Below, piece after piece: positions 35,722 through 45,512 of a stretch of 64,000 nucleotides of DNA. The stretch comes from an uncultured Rhodobacterales bacterium. Its GTDB lineage: Bacteria; Pseudomonadota; Alphaproteobacteria; Rhodobacterales; Rhodobacteraceae. The stretch's first letter is position 1; each line of letters begins with the position of its first letter. A program made the translations under genes and the position numbers. The notes below the pieces were generated by a model. The model had not been told where the DNA came from, made no database searches, and saw only the letters and a program-made list of their open reading frames with translations. The stretch is from NCBI GenBank assembly GCA_937892915.1, contig CALBIC010000181.1:2909-66908 (forward strand), given 5' to 3'.

Positions 35722-36741
35722 TTGACAGTTGACGATAATATCGCAACCGAAGGCGATGACGATCTAACCGGCACAGGTGGGGCCGATGTAATCCACGGGC
35801 TTTCAGGCGACGATATCATTGACGGTTTTTCCGGCAATGACATGCTGTTCGGCCAAGGTGGCAACGACATATTGTTTGGGTCCGGCGGCGATGACGAACT
35901 GGATGGCGGCAGCGGTGCCGATATTCTCAGTGGCGGCTCGGGTGCTGACACATTGATCGGCGGGCTTGGCAATGATGATTTGTCCGGTGGTGCAAATGAC
36001 GATGTCCTGCAAGGTGGCGTTGGTTTTGACACTCTGACCGGCGATACCGGAACCGACATTTTGTTTGGCGGCAACGGTAATGACATTCTTGACGGCGGCA
36101 ATGGCAACGACACGCTGTTCGGCGGAAATCAGTCAGACGACTTATTCGGTGGCCTTGGCGACGATATTCTGGACGGCGGCCAGGGGAGCGATTTCCTGCT
36201 GGGCGAAGATGGCAATGACATCCTGTTTGGCGGCCAGTCGGGCGATCACCTTGACGGTGGGACCGGCGATGACGTGTTGTTTGGCGGTCTTGGAAACGAT
36301 ACCCTTCTTGGTGGATCGGGCAACGACATCCTTTATGGTGGATTGGCTGGTACCGTGGCAGGCGTTGGCGATCACCTTGATGGTGGGCAAGGCAACGATA
36401 TTCTGGTGCTGCGCCGTTCTGACGACGGCACTGGCGGCACCGGGCTTGACGAATTCCATATTCAGGCGTCTGCGTCTGATCCGTTGGTTGATACGTCCGG
36501 CAATGAACGGCTGGCCGAAATCATGGATTTCAATGGCGCTGAGGACACGCTGACCATTGACTACGATCCGCTGGATTATCCTGTGGCGCCAACGGTTTCG
36601 GTGTCGATCACCGGTACGGATGCCAATATCTTTGTTGGGTTAGAATGGATTGCGGTGGTACATAACGCACCCGGTCTGACAACGGCGGATATAACGGTCG
36701 CGCCGAACTATGATCTGGATCAGGGCTTGACCACGATCTAA
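35722..36741 (+). CDS. RTX-type (hemolysin-type Ca-binding repeat) protein, N-terminal anchor split off by an in-frame TAA
   Basis: 339 aa from TTG 35722 with about 22 GGxGxD-type nonapeptides. The same frame upstream (ATG 35641, RBS GGGGTGAAG) encodes MISGVGMTLLIMAGVLFTGLLFESF, then TAA at 35716-18. Confidence 0.7.
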   Translation: MTVDDNIATEGDDDLTGTGGADVIHGLSGDDIIDGFSGNDMLFGQGGNDILFGSGGDDELDGGSGADILSGGSGADTLIGGLGNDDLSGGANDDVLQGGVGFDTLTGDTGTDILFGGNGNDILDGGNGNDTLFGGNQSDDLFGGLGDDILDGGQGSDFLLGEDGNDILFGGQSGDHLDGGTGDDVLFGGLGNDTLLGGSGNDILYGGLAGTVAGVGDHLDGGQGNDILVLRRSDDGTGGTGLDEFHIQASASDPLVDTSGNERLAEIMDFNGAEDTLTIDYDPLDYPVAPTVSVSITGTDANIFVGLEWIAVVHNAPGLTTADITVAPNYDLDQGLTTI

Positions 36742-36746
36742 GGAAA

Positions 36747-37265
36747 TCAAGCTTCAGCAACCGGCCAATCCGCCGGTTGCTGACTGTACGCAATATAAAG
36801 CGGGTGTTTCGGATGCCCGGCTTTTGACAATCCCAAATGCTGCACAGCCAACCCGGTTTGGCGCATCAGGGTCTCGACGGCAGGACCACGGGACAAATGC
36901 GCGCCATGCGTACCCCATGCACAAATCAACGCATCAGCCCAGCCGCAACCTTGCAGAATTGCCACGTCATTGCCGGGACCAACCGGATCTGATTGCGCCC
37001 GCATGTTGCGTGGATCAGTGGCGCGCCATGCGAATATATTACACACGCGAAACGCGCCAAACCCCAAGGCGCGGGCGCGGCGTTCGCACCGTTCAACCGT
37101 CGGATCATTCTGGATTTCGGTGGCGGTTGACGGGTTCAGCATGACGAACAGAACTTTTCGTCCGCCGCTGTCCCACACGCGGGTCAGCGCATAGCGGTAG
37201 TTTTCGCAATCAGAATAGATCGCAACACTGGCAGCATCGCCCTTCAGATGTTCGCGCGTGATCAT
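36747..37265 (-). CDS. DUF1643 domain-containing protein
   Basis: 172 aa with the pattern YRYALTRVW...[10 protein letters not shown]...DPTVERC...[12 protein letters not shown], typical of DUF1643. Its start overlaps the truB stop as ATGA. Confidence 0.75.
   Translation of the reverse strand: MITREHLKGDAASVAIYSDCENYRYALTRVWDSGGRKVLFVMLNPSTATEIQNDPTVERCERRARALGFGAFRVCNIFAWRATDPRNMRAQSDPVGPGNDVAILQGCGWADALICAWGTHGAHLSRGPAVETLMRQTGLAVQHLGLSKAGHPKHPLYIAYSQQPADWPVAEA
36755..36782. other. Perfect 11-bp-stem hairpin at the convergent gene junction
   Basis: CAGCAACCGGC-CAATCC-GCCGGTTGCTG. It lies 14 nt after the RTX gene stop and inside the last codons of the DUF1643 ORF. Confidence 0.5.
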
Positions 37266-38176
37266 GCAGTTTTGGCGAAAACGCGGCTGGGGTGCAATTC
37301 ACCGGCGCGATAAATACCAACCGCAACCGCTTGCCCGTCAAGCGAAGCCCAAGCCTCGTCGCCATATTCAACATTGGATGCAAACACCATGCCGGGATTG
37401 CCGTTGCGCATTTTTGCCGCCGCCTCAACCGAACATCGGAGTTCGGGTAAATCGGCAAGTCCGGTTTCCAGCGGATGCAGATAGGCGTCGAGTTCGGGTG
37501 ATTTTGCCATCTGATCCAGCACCGCAAACGCGATCCCGTCGCTGGCTTCAAATGGGCCGGACCATACACGCCTGAGGCTTTCAACATGGCCAAAACAGCC
37601 GAGCTTCTCGCCCAGATCGCGCGCAATTGATCGCACGTAACCGCCTTTGCCACAGACCATTTCAAGCACGACGTGATCGGCATCCGGGCGTTCGATGAAA
37701 TCAAGCGACTCGACCCACAGGTCACGTGCGGCAAGTGTTACGTCATCACCATCGCGGGCCAGTTTATAGGCCCTTTGGCCATCAACTTTAACGGCAGAAA
37801 ACTTCGGCGGCACTTGTTGGATGTCGCCAACAAAGGCGGGCAAGGCCGCGATGATATCAGCATCAGTCGGGCGTATGTCGCTTTCGCTGGTCACATGTCC
37901 TTCGGTGTCGTCGGTGTTGGTGGCCTGTCCCAGCCGAACCGTAAAGCGATAAGCCTTCAGTGCGTCGGTGATATAAGGCACGGTTTTTGTAGCCTCGCCA
38001 AACGCAATCGCCAGCACGCCGGTCGCTTCGGGATCAAGAGTGCCGGCATGCCCGGCCTTCTTGGCATCAAACGCCCAGCGTGCTTTGTTAACCACGTCGC
38101 TTGAACTGATCCCTGCGGGTTTGTCCACCACCAGCCAGCCTGACACATCGCGACCGTTTTTTCTGCCTCGTCCCAT
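37262..38176 (-). CDS. truB: tRNA pseudouridine(55) synthase
   Basis: ORF 37262..38239. Start set at ATG 38176 ([25 protein letters not shown]), with the catalytic motif [13 protein letters not shown]. The longer start would overlap the upstream gene by 59 nt. Confidence 0.9.
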   Translation of the reverse strand: MGRGRKNGRDVSGWLVVDKPAGISSSDVVNKARWAFDAKKAGHAGTLDPEATGVLAIAFGEATKTVPYITDALKAYRFTVRLGQATNTDDTEGHVTSESDIRPTDADIIAALPAFVGDIQQVPPKFSAVKVDGQRAYKLARDGDDVTLAARDLWVESLDFIERPDADHVVLEMVCGKGGYVRSIARDLGEKLGCFGHVESLRRVWSGPFEASDGIAFAVLDQMAKSPELDAYLHPLETGLADLPELRCSVEAAAKMRNGNPGMVFASNVEYGDEAWASLDGQAVAVGIYRAGELHPSRVFAKTA

Positions 38177-38180
38177 AGGA

Positions 38181-38963
38181 TCAATCGTTTCCTTGTGGTG
38201 CGTCACCCCATTCGGTGCGGACCTGTTGATAAGTTTCAAGATCCTGCGCGTAAACCTGATGGATCATTTCCACAAGCTTGGGCGTGGCGATTTCTGCATG
38301 GCTGAACGGCTTTTTCGAACTGTTGCGCACCCGCACGGCTGCCATTTGATCGGCGATATCCGGAATGATCGGCGCCAAAACGCGTGGCAGCTGCCAAGGC
38401 AACCCCTCCAGCGTCAGCAATCGCGCCCCAAGCCCGGTTGTTTGTGCAAGGCGTTCTTGCTGACGTTGCCAATGGGGATTGATGTCGGCCTTTTTGCCGC
38501 GTTCCAGATTGCGTTTGAACGCGATGATCGTCAGCAAAGCGGCGTGCTGATGGTCGGCCAAATCCATTTCAGGGCCTAAATTCAGCCCTGCCATGCGGGT
38601 GACACGTCGGCGCATCGCAGCATCATGTTCATTCTCCAGATTGGCGATCTTGTCGAAATAGAGCGACAAAAACCGGTCAACCGGATCGCGTACAATTGCA
38701 AACAAGTAAGGCGAGGCGACCAAAGTTTCGGTCGGAATTGAATCGGCTTTTACAAAATCCTGATTAAACGAATGGACGCGGCTTCCGACGGGATGCGAAA
38801 TGCCGTGATCAAAATAATAAAGCAGGTTGCGCATATAGGTGCAGCCACATTTGGTGATCTGCAGGTAAAACAGCGGGTATTTTTGTGTGGTGAAGAAAAC
38901 CCGCCCGCGCCCGGAACGGGCCAACGGCGCACCGGTGTACCAATTTGGTACAGCGTCAGTCAT
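38181..38963 (-). CDS. Sulfotransferase family 2-like protein
   Basis: 260 aa with 5'-PSB-like [13 protein letters not shown] and 3'-PB-like [15 protein letters not shown] motifs. Its start overlaps the rbfA stop (ATGACTGA), and its stop lies 4 nt before the truB ATG. Confidence 0.65.
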   Translation of the reverse strand: MTDAVPNWYTGAPLARSGRGRVFFTTQKYPLFYLQITKCGCTYMRNLLYYFDHGISHPVGSRVHSFNQDFVKADSIPTETLVASPYLFAIVRDPVDRFLSLYFDKIANLENEHDAAMRRRVTRMAGLNLGPEMDLADHQHAALLTIIAFKRNLERGKKADINPHWQRQQERLAQTTGLGARLLTLEGLPWQLPRVLAPIIPDIADQMAAVRVRNSSKKPFSHAEIATPKLVEMIHQVYAQDLETYQQVRTEWGDAPQGND

Positions 38964-39366
38964 CGGTATCGGGGGCGGCGATGTCGCGCATCACGGTTTC
39001 CTGCGAAAACAAACGCCGGGTTTCGTCGATCTGGTCAAACGTCAGATCGGGGACGAATGTCAGTTCCGGCGAAAATTTCAGTTCGATGTTGCGGTTCAGA
39101 TGCCGCCTAAGTTCGACCTTGTTGCGGTTCAGGGCGGCAACCACAATATCGGTGTTCAACCCGCCAAGCGGCATCACATGCACGGTGGCGGATTTCAGAT
39201 CATTACTGGCGCGAACTTCGCCCACGGTAATCGACACATGCGCGATTTCAGGGTCGTACAGATCACCGCGCGCCAGAACCTCGGACAGGACACGACGGAT
39301 AAGTTCGCCCACGCGCAACTGGCGTTGGCCGGGGCCTGTATTCTCGTTGGAGCGGCGTTTGTTCAT
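38956..39366 (-). CDS. rbfA: Ribosome-binding factor A
   Basis: 136 aa. [14 protein letters not shown]...[21 protein letters not shown] is typical of RbfA. Confidence 0.9.
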   Translation of the reverse strand: MNKRRSNENTGPGQRQLRVGELIRRVLSEVLARGDLYDPEIAHVSITVGEVRASNDLKSATVHVMPLGGLNTDIVVAALNRNKVELRRHLNRNIELKFSPELTFVPDLTFDQIDETRRLFSQETVMRDIAAPDTDD

Positions 39367-39462
39367 CGGTTCTGTCCTTTGGCGCTTGATTTAGGCGAGA
39401 CAGGCCGATGTTGCAACCAGCGCTTGCCTCTGGCAAAGGTATATTTAAGGAAAAGCGCCGCG

Positions 39463-40287
39463 ATGGAGACGAGTGTAATGGATGAGTTGCCGGGAATTGC
39501 CATTGTAGGCGCGTCGGGCCGCATGGGTCAGACGCTGATCAAAATGATTAACGCCAGTGACAAGGCGCGCCTTGCCGGTGTGACGGAACGTGCGGGCCAC
39601 GATTGGGTTGGTAAGGATCTGGGGTCGTGCATGGGGGGCGCAGCAAGCGGCGTCATCGTTTCAGACGACCCGCTCGAGGTTTTTGCCCGCGCCCAAGCGG
39701 TGATCGACTTCACCACGCCCAAGGCTACGCTTGAACATGCGGTTTTGGCAGCGCAGGCGCGGCTTGTGCATGTGATCGGGACGACCGGCTTTGCAGATGA
39801 AGACCTGCCAAAATTTACGGCAGCCGCGCGGCATGCGGTGATTGTGCGGGCGGGGAACATGAGCCTTGGGGTTAACCTGCTGGTGCAACTGACCCGCAAA
39901 GTGGCCGAGGCGCTGGACGAGGATTTTGACATCGAGGTCGTCGAAGCGCATCACCGCCACAAGGTTGACGCCCCATCCGGCACAGCGCTGATGCTGGGCG
40001 AAGCTGCCGCCGCTGGTCGTGGTGTCAATCTGGCCGAGGTTTCAGACCGAGGCCGCGACGGCATCACCGGTGCGCGCACTCGTGGTCATATCGGCTTTTC
40101 CGCCATTCGCGGTGGCGATGTTGTGGGCGAACATGATGTGATCTTTGCGTCTGACGGTGAAAGGATCGTTCTGCGCCATCTGGCAAGTGACCGGTCGTTG
40201 TTTGCCCGCGGGGCGCTGAAAGCAGCACTTTGGGGGCAGGACAAAAAGCCGGGTGAATATTCTATGATGGACGTTCTGGGGTTTTAG
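39463..40287 (+). CDS. dapB: 4-hydroxy-tetrahydrodipicolinate reductase
   Basis: ORF 38887..40287 trimmed to ATG 39463. ATG 39478, with GGAG 9 nt upstream, is an equally good start. Motifs [26 protein letters not shown] and [10 protein letters not shown] are present. Confidence 0.88.
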   Translation: METSVMDELPGIAIVGASGRMGQTLIKMINASDKARLAGVTERAGHDWVGKDLGSCMGGAASGVIVSDDPLEVFARAQAVIDFTTPKATLEHAVLAAQARLVHVIGTTGFADEDLPKFTAAARHAVIVRAGNMSLGVNLLVQLTRKVAEALDEDFDIEVVEAHHRHKVDAPSGTALMLGEAAAAGRGVNLAEVSDRGRDGITGARTRGHIGFSAIRGGDVVGEHDVIFASDGERIVLRHLASDRSLFARGALKAALWGQDKKPGEYSMMDVLGF

Positions 40288-40297
40288 GCACGAAGGC

Positions 40298-40474
40298 CTA
40301 GAAATCCGAAACGATGCCCTTTTTCTCCCAATCGCCAAACCGGGTGGGTTCTGGCCCGTTGCGACCACCCAATTCGGTTGGCAGCGGCTTTTTTATATCT
40401 GATGCCCGACGCGCGGTAGCTTCGTCCAAAGCGCGTTGGGCGGCTGGGGTCAGGGGCTTTTTCGGTTTGGTCAT
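40298..40474 (-). CDS. DUF1674 domain-containing protein (SDHAF4-like)
   Basis: ORF 40298..40663 trimmed to ATG 40474 (58 aa). The C-terminus EPTRFGDWEKKGIVSDF is typical of DUF1674. Confidence 0.7.
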   Translation of the reverse strand: MTKPKKPLTPAAQRALDEATARRASDIKKPLPTELGGRNGPEPTRFGDWEKKGIVSDF

Positions 40475-40559
40475 CTGAGGTCCGGTTGGCTTGCGATTGT
40501 GACAGTGTTGATATACGCCCCTTGGCGACTGGGGCAAGGCCCCGACGAAAGGAACCGTT

Positions 40560-41852
40560 ATGTCCACAGCAGGTATCGGCGCGCGACTGGCAGCAGCGCA
40601 AATGCTGCACGCGGTTCTGTTTGAAAAGCTGCTGATGTCCGAGGCGATGGTCGGAAAGGGCAATCCGCTCGACCGATTGGCGCCGCAAGACCGGGCGCGG
40701 GCGCAATCTTTGGCGAACGGTGTTTTGCGCCATTTGGCGGCTCTTGACGCGGTGCTGGATCAGTTTTTAGAGAAATCACCGCCGTTGAAAGTCAGGAACG
40801 CCTTGCGCTTGGCGACGTTTGAAATGCTCGCCGAAGATATCGCCCCGCATGCGGCGGTAAATGCCGCGGTTGAAATTGTCAGGGGCAGCCCGAAAACCAC
40901 GCATATGGCGGGGTTGACCAATGCAGTTGCGCGGCGCGTTGCTGCTGAAGGTGCGGCGATCTGGGCCCAGCAAGGCCCGCAGAAATTGCCCAATTGGCTG
41001 GCAACGCCGATCAGCAAAAACTATGGCGCTGCGGTTGTTGGGGCAATTGAAGCGGCGCATCAGGTCGGGGCTGCGATTGACCTGACCCTAAAGCATCCTG
41101 AACAGGCCACAGACTGGGCCGCACGGCTTGGAGCAACGGTTTTACCGACCGGCAGTTTACGCCTAAAAGGGCGGCCACAGGTAACGGCGCTTGAAGGATT
41201 TGACAGGGGAGATTGGTGGGTGCAGGACGCCGCCGCCGCCATGCCGGCGCGACTGTTTGGCGACGTTAAAAGCCTGAATGCGCTTGACCTTTGCGCCGCC
41301 CCTGGTGGCAAGACCATGCAACTGGCGGCTGGTGGGGCCAAAGTAACAGCGCTTGATATCTCGGCGGATCGTCTGGGACGGGTCAACGAGAACCTGACGC
41401 GGGTCAAGCTGAACGCGCGGGTGATAGCCGCCGATGTTTTGCAGTTTGAAACCGATCAGCGGTATGACGCCATTCTGTTGGACGCACCCTGTTCGGCCAC
41501 CGGCACCATTCGCCGCCATCCGGACCTGCCGTTTGCAAAAGACGGGGTTGATCTGTCCGGCTTGTTTGAATTGCAGGCAGCGATGCTGGATAAAGCACTT
41601 CAATTGTTAAAGCCCGGCGGGCGGTTGGTTTATTGCACCTGTTCGTTGCTGCCGCGCGAAGGTGAGACCCAAATCGCGCAAGCCTTGGGGCGCCACGACG
41701 GGCTGAAAGTGCTTGATATTGATCCGGTTGCCCTTGGGGGCGACGCGGTCTGGTCGGTCGCTGGCGGTGGCCTGCGTCTGCGCCCGGATTATTGGCCCGA
41801 CCTTGGTGGGATGGACGGGTTTTACATGGTATGCCTGCAAAGCCCTTCGTAG
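40560..41852 (+). CDS. rsmB: RsmB/Sun-family 16S rRNA (cytosine-C5)-methyltransferase
   Basis: 430 aa with an NusB-like N-terminus, a SAM site (LDLCAAPGGKT) and catalytic Cys motifs (DAPCSATGT, YCTCS). Confidence 0.85.
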   Translation: MSTAGIGARLAAAQMLHAVLFEKLLMSEAMVGKGNPLDRLAPQDRARAQSLANGVLRHLAALDAVLDQFLEKSPPLKVRNALRLATFEMLAEDIAPHAAVNAAVEIVRGSPKTTHMAGLTNAVARRVAAEGAAIWAQQGPQKLPNWLATPISKNYGAAVVGAIEAAHQVGAAIDLTLKHPEQATDWAARLGATVLPTGSLRLKGRPQVTALEGFDRGDWWVQDAAAAMPARLFGDVKSLNALDLCAAPGGKTMQLAAGGAKVTALDISADRLGRVNENLTRVKLNARVIAADVLQFETDQRYDAILLDAPCSATGTIRRHPDLPFAKDGVDLSGLFELQAAMLDKALQLLKPGGRLVYCTCSLLPREGETQIAQALGRHDGLKVLDIDPVALGGDAVWSVAGGGLRLRPDYWPDLGGMDGFYMVCLQSPS

Positions 41853-41926
41853 ACCCGCCAAGCACAATCTTGCGAAAACCACGGATCGCGCCGAATGGGC
41901 GAGTGACAGGCAGGCGCAAGCCGATT

Positions 41927-43720
41927 ATGGTCACGCCAACAAAAACACGAAGACGGGCAGTGCAGTTTATGAATGATCGCCCTTTTGCGCAAAATCCGTT
42001 GCTAACGCGATTAGAACAAAGCCGCGTGCGGTTTTTGAACCGGTTTTATGCGCGCTGGACCGGTTTTTCCCGTCCCGTGACGGCGTTTGTGTCGCAGCCT
42101 GAACCCAAAACCATCGGGTCTTACGCGCGCGGTCGGCAATTGATGGCCGGAAATTTTCTGTTCGCTGGGTTTCTGGTTGAGGCTCCAAACAGTTCTATTT
42201 GGGACATTCTGCGCCCTAGCGCGGAATTTGAAGCGCATCTGCATGGCTTTGGCTGGCTGGACGATCTGGCGGCAGTTGGCGACAATGCCGCGCGGGATCT
42301 GGCGCGGGACTGGTTGATCCAGTGGCTGGATCGTTTCGGCAAAGGCCAGGGGGCTGGCTGGTCGCCTGAACTGTCAGGTCGCCGGGTGATCCGCTGGATC
42401 AATCACGCGCTGTTTTTGCTTAGCGGCCAAAGCAAAGAAGTGTCTGACCGGTATTTTGCGACCCTTGTACGGCAAACCCGGTTTCTAAGCAAAAGATGGC
42501 ACGCGGCACCTGCGGGCCTGCCGCGATTTGAGGCCCTCACTGGCCTCGTTTATGCCGGTATCGCGCTTGAAGGCCACAGTCGGTTGGTGACACCCGCCTC
42601 GCGCGCGATTGCCGAAGAATGCGTCGGGCAGGTCGATCCGGAAGGCGGTATACCCTCGCGCAATCCCGAGGAATTGCTTGAGGTGTTCACCTTGCTGAAC
42701 TGGGCCGCGACAGCCTTAAGTGAACAAGGACAAATGCCGCTGCGGCAACATCTTTTGGCGATCGAACGGATCGCGCCAACCCTGCGCGCACTGCGCCATT
42801 CCGATGGTGGTTTGGCGCGGTTTCATGGCGGTGGTCGTGGTCCCGAAGGACGGCTTGATCAGGCTTTGGCGTCCTCTGGCGTCAGGGCGACGGCAAATAT
42901 TGGGTTGGCCATGGGCTTTGCGCGCCTGTCAGCGGGCCGGACCAGCATCATCATAGATACACATGCACCCCCGGAAACCGAGCATTCGTTTAACGCCCAT
43001 GCCTCGACTCTGGGATTCGAGCTGACATCAGGGCGGCGGCCAATCATCGTTAATTGTGGTTCAGGTGCCGATTTCGGCCCGGAATGGCGGCGAGCGGGCC
43101 GATCAACGCCTTGCCACAGCACCTTGTCAATCGACGGCTATTCCTCGTCACGGTTTGTGCCGCACCGGCCCGGACTGGCGGTCATTGACGATCTGTTGCT
43201 GGAAGCACCGCGTGATGTCAGGTTTCAACAATCGTCTGGCCTTGACGGAGCGACGGTTCTGGCGACCCATGACGGTTACAGCCAGACCCACGGATTGCTG
43301 CACGTGCGGCGGCTTGATCTGTCAATTGACGGGCGCGACCTGTCTGGTGAAGATACGTTGGGTGCGCTTTCAGAAACCGACCGGATCACATTTGAAGACC
43401 TGATGAACCAGAACCACTTGCAGGGCGTGCGCTTTGCGATCCGGTTTCATTTGCATCCGGATGTCGAGCCAACGATTGATTTGGGCGGGTCTGCGGTTTC
43501 GCTGGTCTCGGTCAGTGGCGAAGTTTGGGTATTTCGCTTTTCCGGCACGTCAAAACTGTCGATTGAGCCAAGCGTGTACCTTGAAAGCGGACGCCTGAAG
43601 CCGCGTGCCACCAACCAGATCGTGCTGTCGGATACGGTTTTGGATTACTCCGCCCAAGTTCGCTGGTCTTTGACGCGCGCACAGGATGGCAAGTCGCATA
43701 TTCGGGATCTGCACATTTAG
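41927..43720 (+). CDS. Heparinase II/III-family protein (conserved alphaproteobacterial, function unknown)
   Basis: ORF 41792..43720 trimmed to ATG 41927; ATG 41972 is also possible. Sequence is typical of the heparinase II/III-like proteins found between rsmB and purH. Confidence 0.7.
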   Translation: MVTPTKTRRRAVQFMNDRPFAQNPLLTRLEQSRVRFLNRFYARWTGFSRPVTAFVSQPEPKTIGSYARGRQLMAGNFLFAGFLVEAPNSSIWDILRPSAEFEAHLHGFGWLDDLAAVGDNAARDLARDWLIQWLDRFGKGQGAGWSPELSGRRVIRWINHALFLLSGQSKEVSDRYFATLVRQTRFLSKRWHAAPAGLPRFEALTGLVYAGIALEGHSRLVTPASRAIAEECVGQVDPEGGIPSRNPEELLEVFTLLNWAATALSEQGQMPLRQHLLAIERIAPTLRALRHSDGGLARFHGGGRGPEGRLDQALASSGVRATANIGLAMGFARLSAGRTSIIIDTHAPPETEHSFNAHASTLGFELTSGRRPIIVNCGSGADFGPEWRRAGRSTPCHSTLSIDGYSSSRFVPHRPGLAVIDDLLLEAPRDVRFQQSSGLDGATVLATHDGYSQTHGLLHVRRLDLSIDGRDLSGEDTLGALSETDRITFEDLMNQNHLQGVRFAIRFHLHPDVEPTIDLGGSAVSLVSVSGEVWVFRFSGTSKLSIEPSVYLESGRLKPRATNQIVLSDTVLDYSAQVRWSLTRAQDGKSHIRDLHI

Positions 43721-43891
43721 GGCGGCTTTGCTGCTGGCCATGCCTTGTTCGCCGACCGTAAGGCATCGTGCTGGCGAAAGAATTCGTGCCAGCGACAAAA
43801 CGGGCTGTTCAATCTTGGATCAAAGTGTCCTATGCGGCAGGGGCAAGGGGCCGGGGCCTCGTTTATGACAACCAAACTTAAAAGGGCTGAT

Positions 43892-45481
43892 ATGACCGAT
43901 CTTGTTGCCGTACGTCGTGCGCTGCTTTCTGTTTCCGACAAGACCGGTTTGATTGCGCTGGGGCAGGCCCTTGCCGATATGGGGGTGGAAATTCTGTCCA
44001 CCGGCGGCAGCGCCAAGGCCCTGCGCGAGGCCGGTATTGCGGTGAAGGACGTGGCCGAGGTAACGCAATTCCCTGAAATGATGGATGGGCGCGTCAAAAC
44101 CCTGCACCCGGCGGTGCATGGCGGTCTGCTGGCTTTGCGCGACAACAAGGACCACGTGGCAGCGATGACCGCGCATGGTATCGCGCCGATTGATCTGCTG
44201 GTGGTCAATCTTTATCCGTTTGAAGCAACCGTTGCAGCGGGGGCCGATTACGACACTTGTATTGAAAATATCGATATCGGCGGCCCCGCGATGATCCGCG
44301 CTGCTGCCAAGAACCACGGTTTTGTGAATGTGGTTGTGGATGTGCAGGATTATGACGGCTTGCTGGCTGAAATGCAGGCGCATAACGGTGCAACCACATT
44401 GGCCTTTCGTCAAAAATTGGCGCAAGTGGCTTATGCCCGCACAGCGGCTTATGACGCCGCAGTTTCCGGCTGGATGGCAGATGCGTTGGGCGAAGCCACG
44501 CCACGGCGACGTGCGGTTGCAGGGACTTTGGCGCAAAGCCTGCGTTACGGCGAAAACCCGCATCAGGCCGCAGCGTTTTACAAAGACGGATCAACCCGCC
44601 AAGGGGTTTCGACAGCACGGCAATGGCAGGGCAAAGAACTGTCTTACAACAATATCAACGACACTGATGCAGCGTTTGAAATGGTTGCGGAATTTGCACC
44701 TTCGGACGGACCGGCAGTGGCGATTATCAAACATGCCAACCCATGTGGCGTTGCACGCAGGGCCAGTTTGCTTGAGGCCTATAAGGCTGCATATCACTGC
44801 GACCAAACCTCGGCTTTTGGGGGGATAGTCGCGCTCAATCAAATACTTGATGCCGAAACTGCCGAAGAGATCGTGAAGGTTTTCACCGAGGTCGTGATCG
44901 CGCCGGGGGCCAGTGATGCCGCAAAAGAAGTGTTCGCTGCCAAAAAGAACCTGCGATTGCTGACAACTGGTGGCCTGCCGGATGTGACGGCTGCGGGGCG
45001 TACCTGGCGGCAGGTTTCTGGCGGTTATCTGGTGCAGGACCGTGACAATGGTCGCCTTGATGTGGCGGACCTGAAAGTCGTGACCAAGCGCGCACCAACG
45101 CCTGCTGAACTGGCCGATCTGATCTTTGCGTGGCGGGTGGCCAAACATGTGAAATCCAATGCGATCGTCTATGTGAAAGACCTTGCGACCGTTGGCATTG
45201 GTGCGGGCCAGATGAGCCGGGTTGACAGCTCGCGGATTGCTGCACGCAAGGCACAGGACATGGCAGAAGCGCTTGGATTGCCGCAATCTTTGGCCGCCGG
45301 CTCGGTGGTTGCGTCAGACGCATTTTTCCCGTTTGCGGATGGATTGCTGTCCGCAGCCGAGGCCGGGGCAAAGGCGGTCATTCAGCCGGGTGGATCAATG
45401 CGTGACGACGAAGTGATCGCCGCCGCTGATGCCGCTGGATTGGCAATGGTCTTTACAGGCATGCGGCATTTCCGGCATTGA
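43892..45481 (+). CDS. purH: Bifunctional AICAR transformylase / IMP cyclohydrolase
   Basis: ORF 43745..45481 trimmed to ATG 43892 ([19 protein letters not shown]). 529 aa with a typical PurH C-terminus FTGMRHFRH. Confidence 0.92.
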   Translation: MTDLVAVRRALLSVSDKTGLIALGQALADMGVEILSTGGSAKALREAGIAVKDVAEVTQFPEMMDGRVKTLHPAVHGGLLALRDNKDHVAAMTAHGIAPIDLLVVNLYPFEATVAAGADYDTCIENIDIGGPAMIRAAAKNHGFVNVVVDVQDYDGLLAEMQAHNGATTLAFRQKLAQVAYARTAAYDAAVSGWMADALGEATPRRRAVAGTLAQSLRYGENPHQAAAFYKDGSTRQGVSTARQWQGKELSYNNINDTDAAFEMVAEFAPSDGPAVAIIKHANPCGVARRASLLEAYKAAYHCDQTSAFGGIVALNQILDAETAEEIVKVFTEVVIAPGASDAAKEVFAAKKNLRLLTTGGLPDVTAAGRTWRQVSGGYLVQDRDNGRLDVADLKVVTKRAPTPAELADLIFAWRVAKHVKSNAIVYVKDLATVGIGAGQMSRVDSSRIAARKAQDMAEALGLPQSLAAGSVVASDAFFPFADGLLSAAEAGAKAVIQPGGSMRDDEVIAAADAAGLAMVFTGMRHFRH

Positions 45482-45512
45482 GGCGGGCAGGCGGCATCCG
45501 AAAGGAAAACCA

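Noticed and set aside
30848-36746. Looked for transposase, integrase, tRNA attachment sites or terminal inverted repeats explaining the insertions in the rbfA-pnp block
   Set aside because: No such genes or boundary repeats could be recognised by eye, so the insertions are reported only as synteny breaks, not as mobile elements.
40298-40663. Full 121-aa version of the ORF containing DUF1674
   Set aside because: Only the last 58 aa (from ATG 40474) resemble DUF1674. The upstream part overlaps the rsmB promoter and start region and is low-complexity.
43721-43891. Possible ZTP (pfl) riboswitch upstream of purH, because of CGTGCTGGCGAAAG
   Set aside because: The sequence folds as a simple local hairpin (CTGGC...GCCAG, 43768-43793). 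The conserved 3' CCGCCTGGGC element and the GGGTCGTGAC start are absent. An Rfam RF01750 scan could confirm this.
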